DNA of 64,000 nucleotides from Vicugna vicugna (taxonomy: Eukaryota): NCBI GenBank assembly GCA_013265495.1, contig MU058781.1:8351009-8415008 (forward strand). The letters run 5' to 3'. The notes under the pieces are model-generated. The model did not search any database, had not been told where the DNA came from, and worked only from the letters and a program-made list of their open reading frames with translations. Both the position numbers and the translations under genes were made by a program. Shown here piece by piece: positions 49,393-62,345 of the stretch. Every line of letters begins with the position of its first letter. Position 1 is the first letter of the stretch.

Positions 49393-50959
49393 CCCGTTAA
49401 AACAGGACCATGAGGCGGGGGCCTTGTAAGAATCAAGACAACTCATGACCAAAGCTTTAGATTCCAAAGACCTGGCATAAAAGTATTTTCAGTTCCCAAA
49501 TCTTGATGTTATATATCAAAATCAAAGCCCTGAAATATTTGCGGCTAAAAACTCATGGCATAAACAGTAGTTTGGAAATAGAATGGTTGCAGAGGCCAAC
49601 TTCCCCGCCACCAGAGATAGACAGGAAGTGGAGTGATGGAAGGCCATGATGGGGTGGACAGGGTGGGGGGTCCGTGTAGCTCAGGATGATGGACAGGACA
49701 TGGAGCAACCACTCTATCGAAGAGGAGACTCTGCCTTTGCCCTCTGTGAGAGCAGAGAGCTGCAGGGGATCAAGGCAACGTCTGGGGTCCAGCAGCCGCT
49801 TGAACACTTCAGCTGTTCTTGCGGTTGCCCTCTGGTGAGAGCTTCCTATAAACAGCAGCCAGCTGGACAGCCACCAGTTGTTCAGCAGATATGATGCCTG
49901 TTTTTGCCCCAGAACTTTGCCCTTTTCAAAGGCCCAGGCCATTTCTAAGCTTCCAAGATGGAGAATGGGGCCAGGACACATGTGCAGTGATGTGCGGTCC
50001 AGCAAGCTCCAGCATCCTTACTGGGTGGCCCAAGGAGAGCCAGCCAGCTTGTGGCCTCTCTACTGCCTGGACAGAGGGGACCACAGCCCAACATACACTC
50101 GTACACAGATGCAGATTATTGCTTAACACTCATTGATCATACATAGACAATTCCATAATTTAAAACTTTTCACTTTCAGTATCCAGAACAGTAAGGACAA
50201 AGTAAATCCTCAATAAAATATTTGTTCAATAAATGAATGATACGTGGTGATCTTTCCATGCAGAATGTACTGACTTCCATTATCCTTTTTATTGGCTACT
50301 CAGTATTCTAAGATATGAACTATTTAACTACTTGTCCCTACTAACAGACATTTCAGCAAGTGTATTTCTGTAGGTTTGATATATACAATGCAACTGTTGA
50401 GCCAATGTATGTAGACATTTTGATAGATGCTGCCAATCTGTCCTCCAAGAAGAATGTACTTGTAACAATGGCAAATGGTATGATAGCCAATGTTGACTAA
50501 GAGCTTATTGTACCCAAGGCACTTCCCCAAATATTCTGCATGGATTGATTTGTTGATTCCTTAAGATAGCTCTTTAAGATAGGAATTTTTATCTTCATTT
50601 TACATATTTAGAAACTGAAGCACAGACAAGTCAAATAACCTAATCAAAGTTACGGATTCGTAAATTGGACACCAGAGCACATGCCCTTATCCACATGCCT
50701 CTCTAAGGGAGGGTATCTATTTCCCCACACCTTCGTTAATAATAGATTTATGTATTTTTGTCAATCTCTCAGGAGATAATGTGGGTGAACATACCATAGG
50801 GCTGTAACGCAGATATAAAGGATAAGACATTAGAAAGTTGACTCCCTGTGGCTACGTCCCCAGTAGACCAAGTTTTTAATATTTTGGTGACTAAATGAAA
50901 AGTTCTAATGTCCTTGCTGTCAGTGTAACTGTATCGGTGAGGGATCTGAGTTGGAGAGA

Positions 50960-51375
50960 GTGGAATCCATTCTAGCCACAACGGAAATGGATTTATCACT
51001 GCTCTCCAAGCTTAAAGAATTTCTAAGAGGGCCAGGACCAGGTCTGGTGGCCACACAGCCAGTAGCACTGGCACCAGGACCAACAGCAAACCACACCAGG
51101 AGCCTGTTGAACACCAGGAAACCTTTCAGCTGCTGCTGAAGCTACTGGACCCTCGGCAGCTGGGCCACCATCCTGCTGCTCCCAAAGGATCAGTCTCCAG
51201 CATAGAATCCTATCTGCCCAGGGGCTGCCAGCTCATGCTGTTCACTCCACCTTCTAAGTTTCTGGTGAAAGCCACTTACAAAGGAGTCTGAAAAGTGGAT
51301 TTTAAGCTTTCTAATCTCTGATTTACAATGCAGTGGGGTGGAGTGAGTTCTACGCAACCAGCAGATTCTGCTACA
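50960..51375 (-). mobile_element. ERVL LTR (LTR50-like)
   Basis: aaaggagtctgaaaagtggattttaagctttc...ctgctaca; antisense counterpart of the 19535 element. Confidence 0.45.
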
Positions 51376-53023
51376 GTAAACATACAATTTTTCTCCCTAA
51401 GGATTTAATAAATTTTGTCCTCTGGGAGTGAGAGGGGAAAATATGATTTATAAATATCTTTATTTTTTCTGAATTAGCCCTCTTGCAATTTGTCCTAAAC
51501 ATGAGGGCAGGGCTATGAGTGAGAATCAGCAGCTTCAGCTGTGAGAAAAAGTGAGACTTGGATGCCAGTGAAGATTTAACATTCCCAAATCGAGATAATT
51601 GATCACCTGTTAACAGAGATATGAGAGCAATGGGTATCAGTGGCATTGTCCCCCCAGCCTTGACTTCTCTGCTCCTGAGAAGGGCATCCCCACCACCACT
51701 TCCATCTACACGGCTCCTGTAGGGCCTTCCTTGTTCACTTCTGCTCTTTTCAGTCCTGATGTGACTACATCACCCAGCCAAATGTGACTGAGCGGGGTGT
51801 GGGCAACTGACTCAAACTAAGATACTGAGTGCCTTTACTGGTAGTTTTGAATTTGTGACTCAGTGGTGGAACCCATAAGATATGACCCTAAAGAACTGTC
51901 AATACCCCCGTCTCTTGCTATTCTCAAAGTCAAAGAAATGCAGTGAAAGAAATAAATCCAATCCAAATGAGGGCAGCTATGACCCTAGAGAGAGAGATCT
52001 CGTAGTGTTCGAATTTCTGGTTCAAGCAGTCCCCAAGACCCCCCTGCATCACAGCTCTCTGTGACTTACTGTATCCGATCAAGTTTAAGATCAAGTTAAA
52101 AGAGGCCCACTACATTATGTATGTACTTTGTGTAAATGCACTTGCAATGAAACTAGAACGTGTGATCAATTATCAGACTCATTTCATTTCAGAGATTTTT
52201 TTTAAATTATAATGCAAACTTAAGCACCAATGAGACAGGGGTTAGCCAACTCTTCCTCGGAGTCTAAGCAAATTCAAGTTGGCTTGCTAGGACTTACAAT
52301 CACAAGAATAACTAATATATTACGGTCTTACATATGTGAATATGATGCAGAGAGAAGTTCCAACCTGGGAATAGAATAATGTGAAAAACACACGGCAGTA
52401 AGTACTTCTTAAGGGAAAAATTATTTCATGCAAGAATTATAAAGAGCACAAATTGCCCTGAAAGATACTGTGATTGCCAGTGTCCTCATTTGCTCCAGTA
52501 TTACTTGGAAGCACTCCAGTGACCCATCCTGCGGTGACGAACTAATGGCAGCAACAATAGTTTCCAGCAAGTCAATTAAGATGTTTTCCTATAATTAGCA
52601 AACAGAAACACAATTTTGCTTATGGGTTAATATACACGAGCATCTTCTCAAGCGTTAGAAAGTCTTCAGAATCCATCCTCCTAATATAATTAAATCATAT
52701 GCTAACAATTAGTGATGAAAGTGTGGTTCAAACTGAAGAGAGCTTTAAAACTCCACAAACAAGCTAACTTTCCTTTGGTACCAAAACAATCAGGAAACTC
52801 AGATTTACCTTTAGGTACATCTTTAGCGCGCAAGTAAAGGGCGCTGTCTGAAAGGCTGCAGAGATTTGCCAACTGTTAAAAGTGATAATCCCACCAAAAA
52901 AGAATTTACGGAGCAAAACAAGAATCCATTCTTACAAGATCAACTGTCCTGTAGCTCCCTTTTATTTTAAATTTGGCGTGTGCTCTTGCTTCTGCCGTAG
53001 CATGAGCTGCGAACTCACACAGT

Positions 53024-53039
53024 CTGCCAGATGGCAGTG
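53024..53039 (+). promoter_or_regulatory. Candidate CTCF site
   Basis: CTGCCAGATGGCAGTG, 15/16 match to CCRSYAGRKGGCRSYR, in repeat-poor DNA. Confidence 0.45.
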
Positions 53040-53508
53040 GGAGGCCCATTAGTTATGCATCACACATCCTGATCAAAACTGAAAGAAATTATGCTCAGAT
53101 TGAGGGGAGATGCTCGAGAGTAAAGCAATGATGAGAATTTTCTGTGTTTCTCCGGAAGATTTCATATCATCATTCTCCATAAATAAACTCATTCTTAATC
53201 TGTGGACCCCCAATCTGGGCTCACTTCCAAAGGAACTCCTCTCATGGTTTGGGTCAAACCGTGCACGTTCCTGTGATATTCATTAGAGAATCCCACGGAG
53301 CTGATGCCCTTTCAAGGTTATCTTGAAAAGTCTGAGAATCAGAGTGTAAAATAATACACTAAATTTTGTGCCTTTCAGAGAAGGTCTGTTCTTTAGTGCT
53401 GTGGAAGAAGTAGAGGAATTCAGTTACAAAGGAAGCTTACTAGAATCTTGGAGAGCACAGGCTTGATGAAAATAAATGGGAAATGCAGTGTATAAACATT
53501 GCTGATGA

Positions 53509-53623
53509 ATGAAAAGGGATATATGTATGTACACGTATGGCTGAATCACTCTGTTGTACACCAGAAATTGACACAATGTTGTAAGCTGACTATACCTCAA
53601 TTTTAAAAATGTTTGAAAAAAAG
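53509..53623 (+). mobile_element. Severely 5'-truncated young L1 (~115 bp)
   Basis: ctgaatcactctgttgtacaccagaaattgacacaatgttgtaagctgactatacctcaat; 15-bp TSD aaacattgctgatga / aaatattgctgatga. Confidence 0.9.
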
Positions 53624-55438
53624 AAATATTGCTGATGAGAAAGATTCTAAGTAGTACTTTGAAAGGGGCTGAGGGACCCAAAGTGTATAGAATAACATTG
53701 ATAGTAACGTTTATAGTCTTTGAAATAAAATATAAGATTGTATTTGTTGCTTAACAAAACCAAGAGAGTGTGTTGTAATCATAAGTTACCAGTTTTCTGC
53801 TAAGTAGAAGGCATTCATATAAGGGCTTGTTCTAGTGTACTTTCCTGAGAAAAGACCTTTTTTGTTGCTTAAGGAGAGTCAGTCACTGTACAAATGTCCA
53901 TGGAAGCCAATCCCAGCTCCACTTTGAATTGTTCTTTTGGCAAGGAGCAAATGAATAACTATTTCTAGTCCTTGGTTTTCCCATCTGCAAAATAAGAATA
54001 AAAATACTTGTCTTTCCCTATCCACTGGGATGCTGTGAAGAAAAATGTCAGAGACCTTTCAAAGAGGGAAAAGCTCTGTCTCAGACAGAGAGGGGAAAAA
54101 AATCTTCCTGCCCCATCCCCAAATTTTCTGAAAAACCTAGACTAAATCAACTGACATTCACTGAGTGTCTATTATAACGCCACATCAGCTCTGAGGGACG
54201 CTTAGAAGACCACAAACATGTGACTGCAGTCATACAAGTGGAGAAAACAGTGCTGGGGTCCAGGGTGAGCACGGCCCTCTAGTCGTGAGAGGTCAACATG
54301 GGTACTCCCTGCACTCAGGGAGCATCCAGTCTAGTGCCCAGGGGGGCCCTGGGTCTGTGGTGTCCAAGCCTGAATCTGCACCAGATTCTCCTGGGAAGGT
54401 TCCTAAGAACACAAACCCTGGGTGCCTCTCCCCAGATCCAGTGGTTTGGGGCATGTGGATTGAAGAGGGATGTGATTGACGGAGAGGTGAATGGATGACG
54501 TCCCTGGACTTCTCACTCAAACTTGCATCCGTGTGGCTCTGCCCTTATTTATGTTCAGCAAGGTTTTCTTTCAACAGAGAAATTCAACATCTAAAATAAA
54601 ATAAAACAAACCTTTGATATTGAAAGAACATGGGTCTGACAGGCTTCCTCGGAGACAGGAAATTATTTCTAGAGTTTCTTTCATTTATTCACTTATTCAT
54701 CATTCATTCACTCGACAAACATTTCTTGTATGTCTCTTGCGGCCCTCCGGGCTCAGCAGTGAACAGGACAAAGTCTCAGTTCTTACGAAGCCGTCACCAA
54801 CGTACCGTGGACATCCGGGCCCCCAGCTTTTGTTTTTCCAGGTTTGATTCTTTAACTGAACCAGATGTTCTCTCCACAATTCCGCACATTCCTTCTCACC
54901 CTACCCCCTTTCTGCCACCCTTTCTTCTCGCCAGAAGGTCATTTCTATTTATTTGAAAACACAGATTTTAACGTTTGCTCATCTGAAGTGTATTAGTCTT
55001 CGCATACTTCTGCCATTGATTCTGAACCAGGCAGTGCAATAAAATGAGTACGTCTGTGTAACATGTGCTTGTTCCTTGCTTCACTCTCCTCTGTTTCATA
55101 TTCAGTATGACATGCGGGAAATACGTCTCGGAGCAGGATGTTTACACATATATACCTTCGGTAGGTGTGATTTGACGGGCAACGTAGACGTAATCAATCA
55201 ACAAATATTTCAGAGACATTCCTGAACACATAAAACAATGTCCTCATTCTCAGGAAGCAGATTAAGCTTCCTGCGATGGACAACTCAGAAAATGTACCAG
55301 AGGCCTTCTCTCCCTCTTCAGTGATGCAAGAAGAAGAGAGGAAGGATTTTTAAAGGTAACAAGCAAGGTATCTCCGCTCGTAGTCCAAACCCAAATAATG
55401 ACTGCCTCAACTTGAACAGTTTCACATCAGCTACTACC

Positions 55439-55464
55439 TGTGTGTGTGTGTGTGTGTGTGTGTG
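55439..55464 (+). repeat. (TG)13 microsatellite
   Basis: Direct read. Confidence 0.95.
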
Positions 55465-55476
55465 TCTGTGTATGAA

Positions 55477-55613
55477 ATGCAAGAACAGGACTAGTGGGTA
55501 CCTAGAGGGATAAACTTTTCACTGGTCCTGCTGAGTATCTCACCAGCTTTGGGCAGGATGAAAATAAAGTCAAAGCTCAACAAAACTAACCAAAGGGAAG
55601 GTGGCGCTCTGAG
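55477..55613 (+). repeat. Copy A of a diverged 137-bp direct repeat (partner 57126-57262)
   Basis: Hand alignment without gaps, 99/137 identical. Confidence 0.85.
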
Positions 55614-56771
55614 CATCCTTTCCTCCTGTGTTCTTCCAGCTCCCCTCACCATCGCCCCCATCAGCACCACTCCCATCTTTCTGCTCCCACAACACCCTTA
55701 CCCAAGGCCCCACGGTGTGTCCTGCCTCCTTACTAGGGTACGAGGTTGCAGCATTCTACCCAGCTCCCTCCCTCATTCACCAACAGGGTGGATCCAGCTG
55801 CTCTTTGGTAGGGGGACCTGCCTTCCTCCCTGCTCCAGAACATCCCTCCTAAAGCTGGCTGGCCAAAGGGAGAGGATGACCTCCCCAGACAGAGAGGCGA
55901 CTGGTGTCTCCAAAACGCCGCCTCCAAGTCCTGGCTTGTCATTGTGCTTTCTCCACCACCAAATTTAGCCTCTCTGACCCAGATTCTTTGACATTGCTGG
56001 CAAATTTTAACGGATCAAGTAAATTATCCCCTGTTAATCAGCAAATGGGAAAAGAGCCAGGGAGAATCTAAACATTCATCTGTTACCTCCCCCAGATGTC
56101 ATCTGTGAATTATTACAACCTCTCAAGACAACATCCCGACCTTTGTCCCCTTAGCCCAAAGAAATGACTCTAAGGGAAGGAATTTTAGACTAGGATAAGG
56201 ACAGGAGATACATTAGAACTGGAGGGTTCTTCACCTCTTACTACTACACAGTGGTCATACTCCCAACACAAAACAAGTTCAACAACAACAACAACAAAAA
56301 TTCAGTGACCTTCTTGCAAGCCCTCTTCTGCAAGGAAAGAAAAAAATTAATATATACTTCAAGTAGTATTCATGCTTTATCCATTTTCTGCCATAGCTTA
56401 ACTTGAAAATGTTTTCATACAACCATGATGTGTAAGTATTTCTCTGTACATTTCTAAAAAAGAAAATAACCTCAGAGTTTTAAAAAAACCCATTTTTATA
56501 ATAAAATGTTAGGGAAAACAACCTTAGGGATTAAATATCAACTACTTGCTCTTAAACCAAGGACACACTACTTCTCTTTGAACTTGTAAACCATCAGTGA
56601 GTAACGGAAAGATAAAAATCAGATTGTTTCTGGCTTTTTACAAGAGATTTTGTTTTGTTTTGTTTTGAGCCACTTAACATAGAAACAGAAGAGTGTGATC
56701 ATTTTCGAGACAAATGAGATGTTACCAAAGACATTTACCTTTGTAACATTTATTGGAAAGAAATTAGAAAC

Positions 56772-57100
56772 GTGTCAGTACCCTAGGGCTGCTCTAACTT
56801 GGTTCCTTAAATCAACTGAAGCTGATAGTCTCACAGTTCTGGGGCTAGAAGTCTGAAATCACAGTTTCGGCAGGACCACGGTCCCTCTGACACCCGTAGG
56901 GGAATCCTTCCTTGTCTCTTCCAGCTCCTGGTAGTTTGCTGACAATCTTTGGCATTCCTCAGCCTGTAGCTGCCACTCCAATCTCTGCTTTCATCGTCAC
57001 GTGACATTTCCCTGGGTCTCTGTGTCTTCACACGGCTGTCTTCTTATGTGGACACCAGTCATTAGATTAAGGGCTCACACCATGTTTAACTTAACTAATT
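56772..57100 (-). mobile_element. MLT1C-like MaLR LTR
   Basis: ctcacagttctggggctagaagtctgaaatca...tctcttccagctcctgg...ggacaccagtcattagattaagggc. Confidence 0.85.
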
Positions 57101-57125
57101 AGATTTTCTTTTCTTTTTTGGTGCC

Positions 57126-57262
57126 ATGCAAGAACAGAACAAGGGAGTCACTAGGGAGATAGACCTTTTACTTTTCCTCATGGATATCTCACCAGTTTGG
57201 GGTAGAATAAAAGTAAGATTAATTCTAGGCAAAATCAATTAAAGTAAAGGTGGCTCTCTGAG
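57126..57262 (+). repeat. Copy B of the diverged 137-bp direct repeat
   Basis: Shares atgcaagaacag, tatctcaccag and aaggtggc.ctctgag with copy A at identical spacing. Confidence 0.85.
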
Positions 57263-57705
57263 TTCTCAAGTATTAAAACCTAAGTCTTAGAAACAACTTA
57301 CTGGCCATACTCAGGCCACATGCCCACCCTTGAGGTGGGTGCATAAGGTTTCAGCTTCAACTAAATCACACAGTTCCTGGCTGTGGGAGCAGGGCCCAGC
57401 AAGCAGAGGCAGCTGACGCTTTATGCACGAGTCTTACTTCCATATAAGTCCACATATATCCATTTGTCCCACAAACATTTAGTATGTACTATGCACCAAG
57501 CACCAAAAAGACAAAATTGACTATAGAAAAAAAAATCTACTCTCAAGATGTTCACAGTTCAGTGGAAGAGAGAAAAATAGGAAGCAGTTAGAAGTTAAGA
57601 GTGTATCATTTTAAATCACACACTATCGAAAAGGAGAGAACGAGACATTAAAGTTCCCGCCTGGATTGTCTGGTCTAATTCACTATGATTTCTCCCCTAG
57701 AGAGA

Positions 57706-58050
57706 TCAGAAGTTGGGAAAATTTTCCGGAAAGGGCCACACAGTAAATATTTTCAGCTTTGTGGGTTAAACCGTCTCTGTTGCAACTGCTCAATTTTATT
57801 CTTGTAGCCCGAAAGCAGCCACAGACAGTATGCAAACAAATGTGTTTGGCTCTGATTGAATAAAACTTTATTAATAGAAACAGACTTTGCATTTCATTTA
57901 ATTTTTCACATGTCATGGAATACATTCTTCTTTGGATTTTTTTTTCAGTCATTCAGAAAAAGTATCAAAAATCATTCTTAGATTGCAGACTGTACAGAAA
58001 CAAACAGTGGGCCAGGCTCAATCCAGCAGCCAGTTTTTCCATGCCCTAGA
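57706..58050. mobile_element. MER58B-like hAT-Charlie element
   Basis: aagggccacacagtaaatattttcagctttgtggg...gaaagcagccacagaca...aataaaactttatt...gtacagaaaca. Confidence 0.85.
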
Positions 58051-58279
58051 GTATTGCCACAGTCCTGGCCCCTCCAATCCACTCCCCATACTGCAGCAAG
58101 AGGAGCAGCCAGAGGAATCCTCCTAAGACCAAATCTCCTCACGTCACACATCTGTCTCCATGACATCTCGTCTTCAGGATACATCCCAAATATCGTCATA
58201 ACTGTAAGGTTCTTCACAGTTCCTTGCTGAGCTGCTCTCATTTCCTCCAACAAACCATGCATTCCGTGTTCCGGGCTCC

Positions 58280-59150
58280 CATTCCTTATTACCTCCACAG
58301 TCTCTACTCATTCTTCTACCTAGTTCCTCCTCCAGGAAACCTTCCTTAAACTCTTCCCCAAGCCTGAGAGAGGTGTCCTTAGTATGTTGATAGCAGAGTG
58401 CATTGCCTCCTACCACATCACTTAGTATATATGACAATGACTATCATAATACAGAATTACAATTAAATGTTATTATAGTTCCGTTTGCCAGCCTATGTCT
58501 TCAAGCTTGATGAGGACATCCTTAGGTCTCTTTGTTTCTCACTTATATGCAAAGCTTCTAAGTCAGGGTCTGGCATAAAGTGGATGCTCAACTAATGTTT
58601 ATTGGATAAATGAATGATATGAGGAGAGGTATCTTAGGAGGCTTTGCAGAGGAGTGTCCCCTAAGCAGAGTCTTAAAAGATGAGTAACAGTATATAATTT
58701 TGGCAGGGAGTGGTAGGCATTTTTAAGCAGGGGGACAGTTGTATGACACATGGAAAAGAGACCATTGGAAGTACACCAGATAGTGTGATATGGCTGGAGC
58801 ATATGCTGTCTGTTGGAAAACAATGTGAAATGAGGCTAGAGAGATAGCCTGAGAACTGTGTAGGCTAAGATAAGGAATTTAGTCTTAACTCTTCAGGTAA
58901 TGGGGTGCCTCAGCAAGGCCAAATTAGTTGGATTTACATTTTAGAAAGTTTACTTAGATCTCCCTGCACAGGTAGATAGTCTAGATCCAACTAAAGTGCC
59001 TGGGATAAAGTAGACAATGTCATTTTGGCAGTGGAGTTGACTGGAGTTGGATGCCAACCTGCCATTAGGAAATAAAATTGGAGCCTGCAGCAACAATACA
59101 TGTAAGAAATAAGGACCACATGAATTAAGGCACTGGTAGTGGGAACCTAG
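58280..59150. mobile_element. Two L2 fragments in opposite orientation
   Basis: Plus-strand tail tggcataaagtggatgctcaactaatgtttattggataaatgaatga, then antisense agcagagtcttaaaagatgagta...tttacattttagaaag. Confidence 0.65.
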
Positions 59151-59224
59151 TGGAAGTGTGTATTTGAAACAGGAAAAATGGGAAGATTAAAAAAACAGAA
59201 TTAGAAGCCAAAGCCCATGATATC

Positions 59225-59432
59225 TGCTGTAAGATTCACTAGCCCATGTGTAGCTATTTCAACTTGGATTTAAATGAGTTAAAATTAAATAGAACTTAAA
59301 AAATCAGTTCATTGATCATATTAGTGACATTTCATGTGATCATTAGCCATGTGTGGCTCATGGCTACTGCATTGAACAGTGCAGATTTATAGATTTCCAT
59401 CATTGTAGAATGTTCTATTGGCCAACACTACA
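59225..59432. mobile_element. MER3-like hAT element
   Basis: cactagcccatgtgtagcta...ttaaaattaaat...tagccatgtgtggct...tttccatcattgtagaatgttctattgg. Confidence 0.8.
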
Positions 59433-59477
59433 CAGACCATAGTTGAAATCGTAGCTAAAGTCAAGACTGTCCAGGGA

Positions 59478-60480
59478 ATTCCTCAAAAAGTTAAATATAG
59501 AACTACCATCTGACCCAGAAATTCCACTGCTAGGTATGCAGGCATACCTCATTTTATTGTGCTTTGCTCTACTGCATTTTGCAGATAATGTGTGTGTGTT
59601 TTGTTGTTGTTGTTGTTTTTTACAAATTGAAGGTTTGTGGCAACGCTGCATCAAACAAGTCTATCAGTGCAATTTTTTCCAATTTTTGCTCATTGTGTGG
59701 CTCTGTGCCATATTTTGGTAATTCTTGCAATATTTCAAACCTTCCACCGGCAAAAATAGTATGACTCACTGAAAGCTCAGATGATGGTTAGCATTTGTTT
59801 TATCAATGAAACATTTTCTAATTAAGGTATGTGCACTGTTCTAGACATAGTGCTATTGCACATTTTACAGCATAGTGTAAAAATAATTTTTATATGCACT
59901 GGGAAACCTAAAAATTCATGTGGCTTGTTTTATTGTGACATTCACTTTATTACAGTGGTCTGGAAACAAACTCACAGTATCTTGAGGTATAACTGCATAA
60001 CCAAAAGAATTGAAAGCAGGGATTTGAATATTCATAGCAATATTATTCGCAATATCCAAAAGGTGGAAACAACCCAGGAGTCCACCAACAGATGAATGGA
60101 TACACAAAATGTGGTATGTCCATACAGTAGAATATTATTCAGCCTTCAAAAAGAAGGAAATTCTGACATGTGACAACATGGATGAGTCTCGAAGATATTA
60201 GTTGAAATAATCCAGACACAAAAGGACATATATTGTATAATTCCACTTATATGAGCTACCTAGAGTAGTCAAATTCATAAAGACAAAAAGATGACCAGGG
60301 ACTGGGAGAAGGAGAGGATGGGGAGTTATTGTTTAATGGGCACAGAGTTTCTTTTGGGGATGGTAAAAAAAACTTTGGGGTATAGATACTGGCGATGGCT
60401 ATACAACATAAATTTAACACCACTGAATTTTATGCTCACAAATGGTTAAAATGATAAATGTTTTATATATATTTTACCCT
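59478..60480 (+). mobile_element. L1MB-like 3' end interrupted by a Tigger
   Basis: ttcctcaaaaagttaaatatagaactacc...ccactgctaggta [Tigger] ccaaaagaattgaaagcaggg...atattttacc. Confidence 0.9.
59539..59995 (-). mobile_element. Tigger1 internal-deletion derivative
   Basis: TIRs caggcatacctc ... gaggtataactg; tatatgcactgggaaacc and ggtaattcttgcaatatttcaaac. Confidence 0.9.
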
Positions 60481-61474
60481 AATGATAATATAAAAGATTA
60501 TCTAGAGAGAACGTGTAGAACAGGAAGAGGAGAAAGATTCTGTAAGGGAATAAAAAAGAAGATGAAGCCATGGATGAGATCCAGAAAGTCAGAGGGGTAG
60601 AATGGCAAACAGGAGAGGGTGCCATCAAGGAAACCAAGGTGGAAAAGAAAAAGTAACTTTCTACCCACAGGGCCATTTGTGATATGCTGCCAACAATGTT
60701 CCGCATTTAAAACCCACAAGAAAGAGGCACAACCAAACCACCAAGTCCGAAAAGGTAGCTTGCATTCCTCGGCTCCCTCCCAGCCCAGATCTCATCCCAA
60801 CCATCGCTCACGAATGAAGGATCTTGACTGCACATCTCTCCTTCAGCTCACTCCTTCACGTTCTCTTTGAGAAGCTGGAAAGAAAACAGCTCCTAACTTT
60901 CCTTTCTCTTAATGCCTGTGGAAATGTTTGCGTATGTGGCATCGTTTCAATGACACTTCAATGTGGTAGCTTCAAAATGAATGTCTAACAATGAAGGAAA
61001 GGTCACCCGAGAACTCCCACGTGAGAACAGAAAGGACATCTAGGTAGGAAAACCAATACCCACAGGCCATGTTTACCACAAGACTTGGGGGCAGAGTCAC
61101 CCCACAAATCCCAAAATACAAATGAATATGGATCAATCACCAACTGCCACAAGAGCTGTGTGGTCTCAGCCCCTGTACACGAGGAAGAAAGAAAGAATTG
61201 GGTGGTGCCTGTTGGACCTAAGAAGAGGAAACCCCTCAGAGAGCAGCAGATCTTCATGGGGATGGGAGTGGGCTGATGGGGTAATAGCACCTGAAATGGA
61301 CAGATGTTTTGCTCCCCAGGAGAAGATGAGAGTATGGGGCTACAGTAGGAAGGTCCAAAGGGAACACAGCAATCTCCCTCAACTGCCCTCAAAACTGACC
61401 CTCAGGGCTCCCTTTTAAAACAGGGAGGCAGACCAAGGAGGAACTGTTGAGAATGGAATTGAAGTTGATCAGGA

Positions 61475-61989
61475 CAATATGGAAGCAACCTCAATGTCCA
61501 TCAACAGATGAATGACAAAGATGTGAGGAGGGGTGTGTACACACACACACACACACACACTGGAATATTACTCAGCCATAAAAATGAAGACATTTAGAGG
61601 AAGTTGTAATGTCAACAATGGACTGTTACTCAGTCATAAGAAAGAATGAACTAATGCCATTTGCAGCAACATGGATGGACCTGGAGATGATCATACTAGG
61701 TGAAGTAAGTCAGACAGAGAAAGACCAATATCATATGATATCACTTATATGTAGAATCCAAAAAATGATACATATGACCTTATTTACAAAACAGAAATAG
61801 ACTCACAGACATAGAAAACAAACTTATGGTTACCAAAGAGGAAATGGGAGAGGAATAAATTAGGAGTTTGGGATTAACATGTACAAACTACTATACATAA
61901 AATGGATAAACAACAAGGACTTACTGTAAAGCATGGGGATCTAAATTCAATACCTTGTAATAACCTATAATGGGAAAGAATCTAAAAAA

Positions 61990-61991
<2 letters not shown>
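61475..61991 (+). mobile_element. L1 3' end(s), probably two adjacent pieces, with an internal (AC)11
   Basis: atggaagcaacctcaatgtccatcaacagatgaatg...gccatttgcagcaacatggatggacctggag...aatgggaaagaatctaaaaaaga. Confidence 0.9.

Positions 61992-62033
<42 letters not shown>
61992..62033 (+). repeat. (AT)21 microsatellite
   Basis: Direct read; expanded from the L1 3'UTR TA tract. Confidence 0.95.
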
Positions 62034-62036
<3 letters not shown>

Positions 62037-62345
62037 ATCCAGCTGTGCACTTGGATGTGTGTACTTAACTAAATGTAAGCTGTACATTGAAAAAAGGAAA
62101 AGGCTGTCAGGAAGCCTCCACTGCACTGAAGCTCATCTAAACCTCTCACACTCTAAGGAGTCCAAGAGTCCTAATTTCTCATACAAATGTGCACCAGAGT
62201 AGTACTGAAGACAAATATCACGTGAAAGTCTTATAAGAAAAAAGGGAAGTAAGGAGAGTGGATGACCACTAATATCACAGAACAAGGGGCAAGCAGATCT
62301 CACATGCCTCAGATCTGCCAGAAGACCAAAACCTGAGTTTGGACC

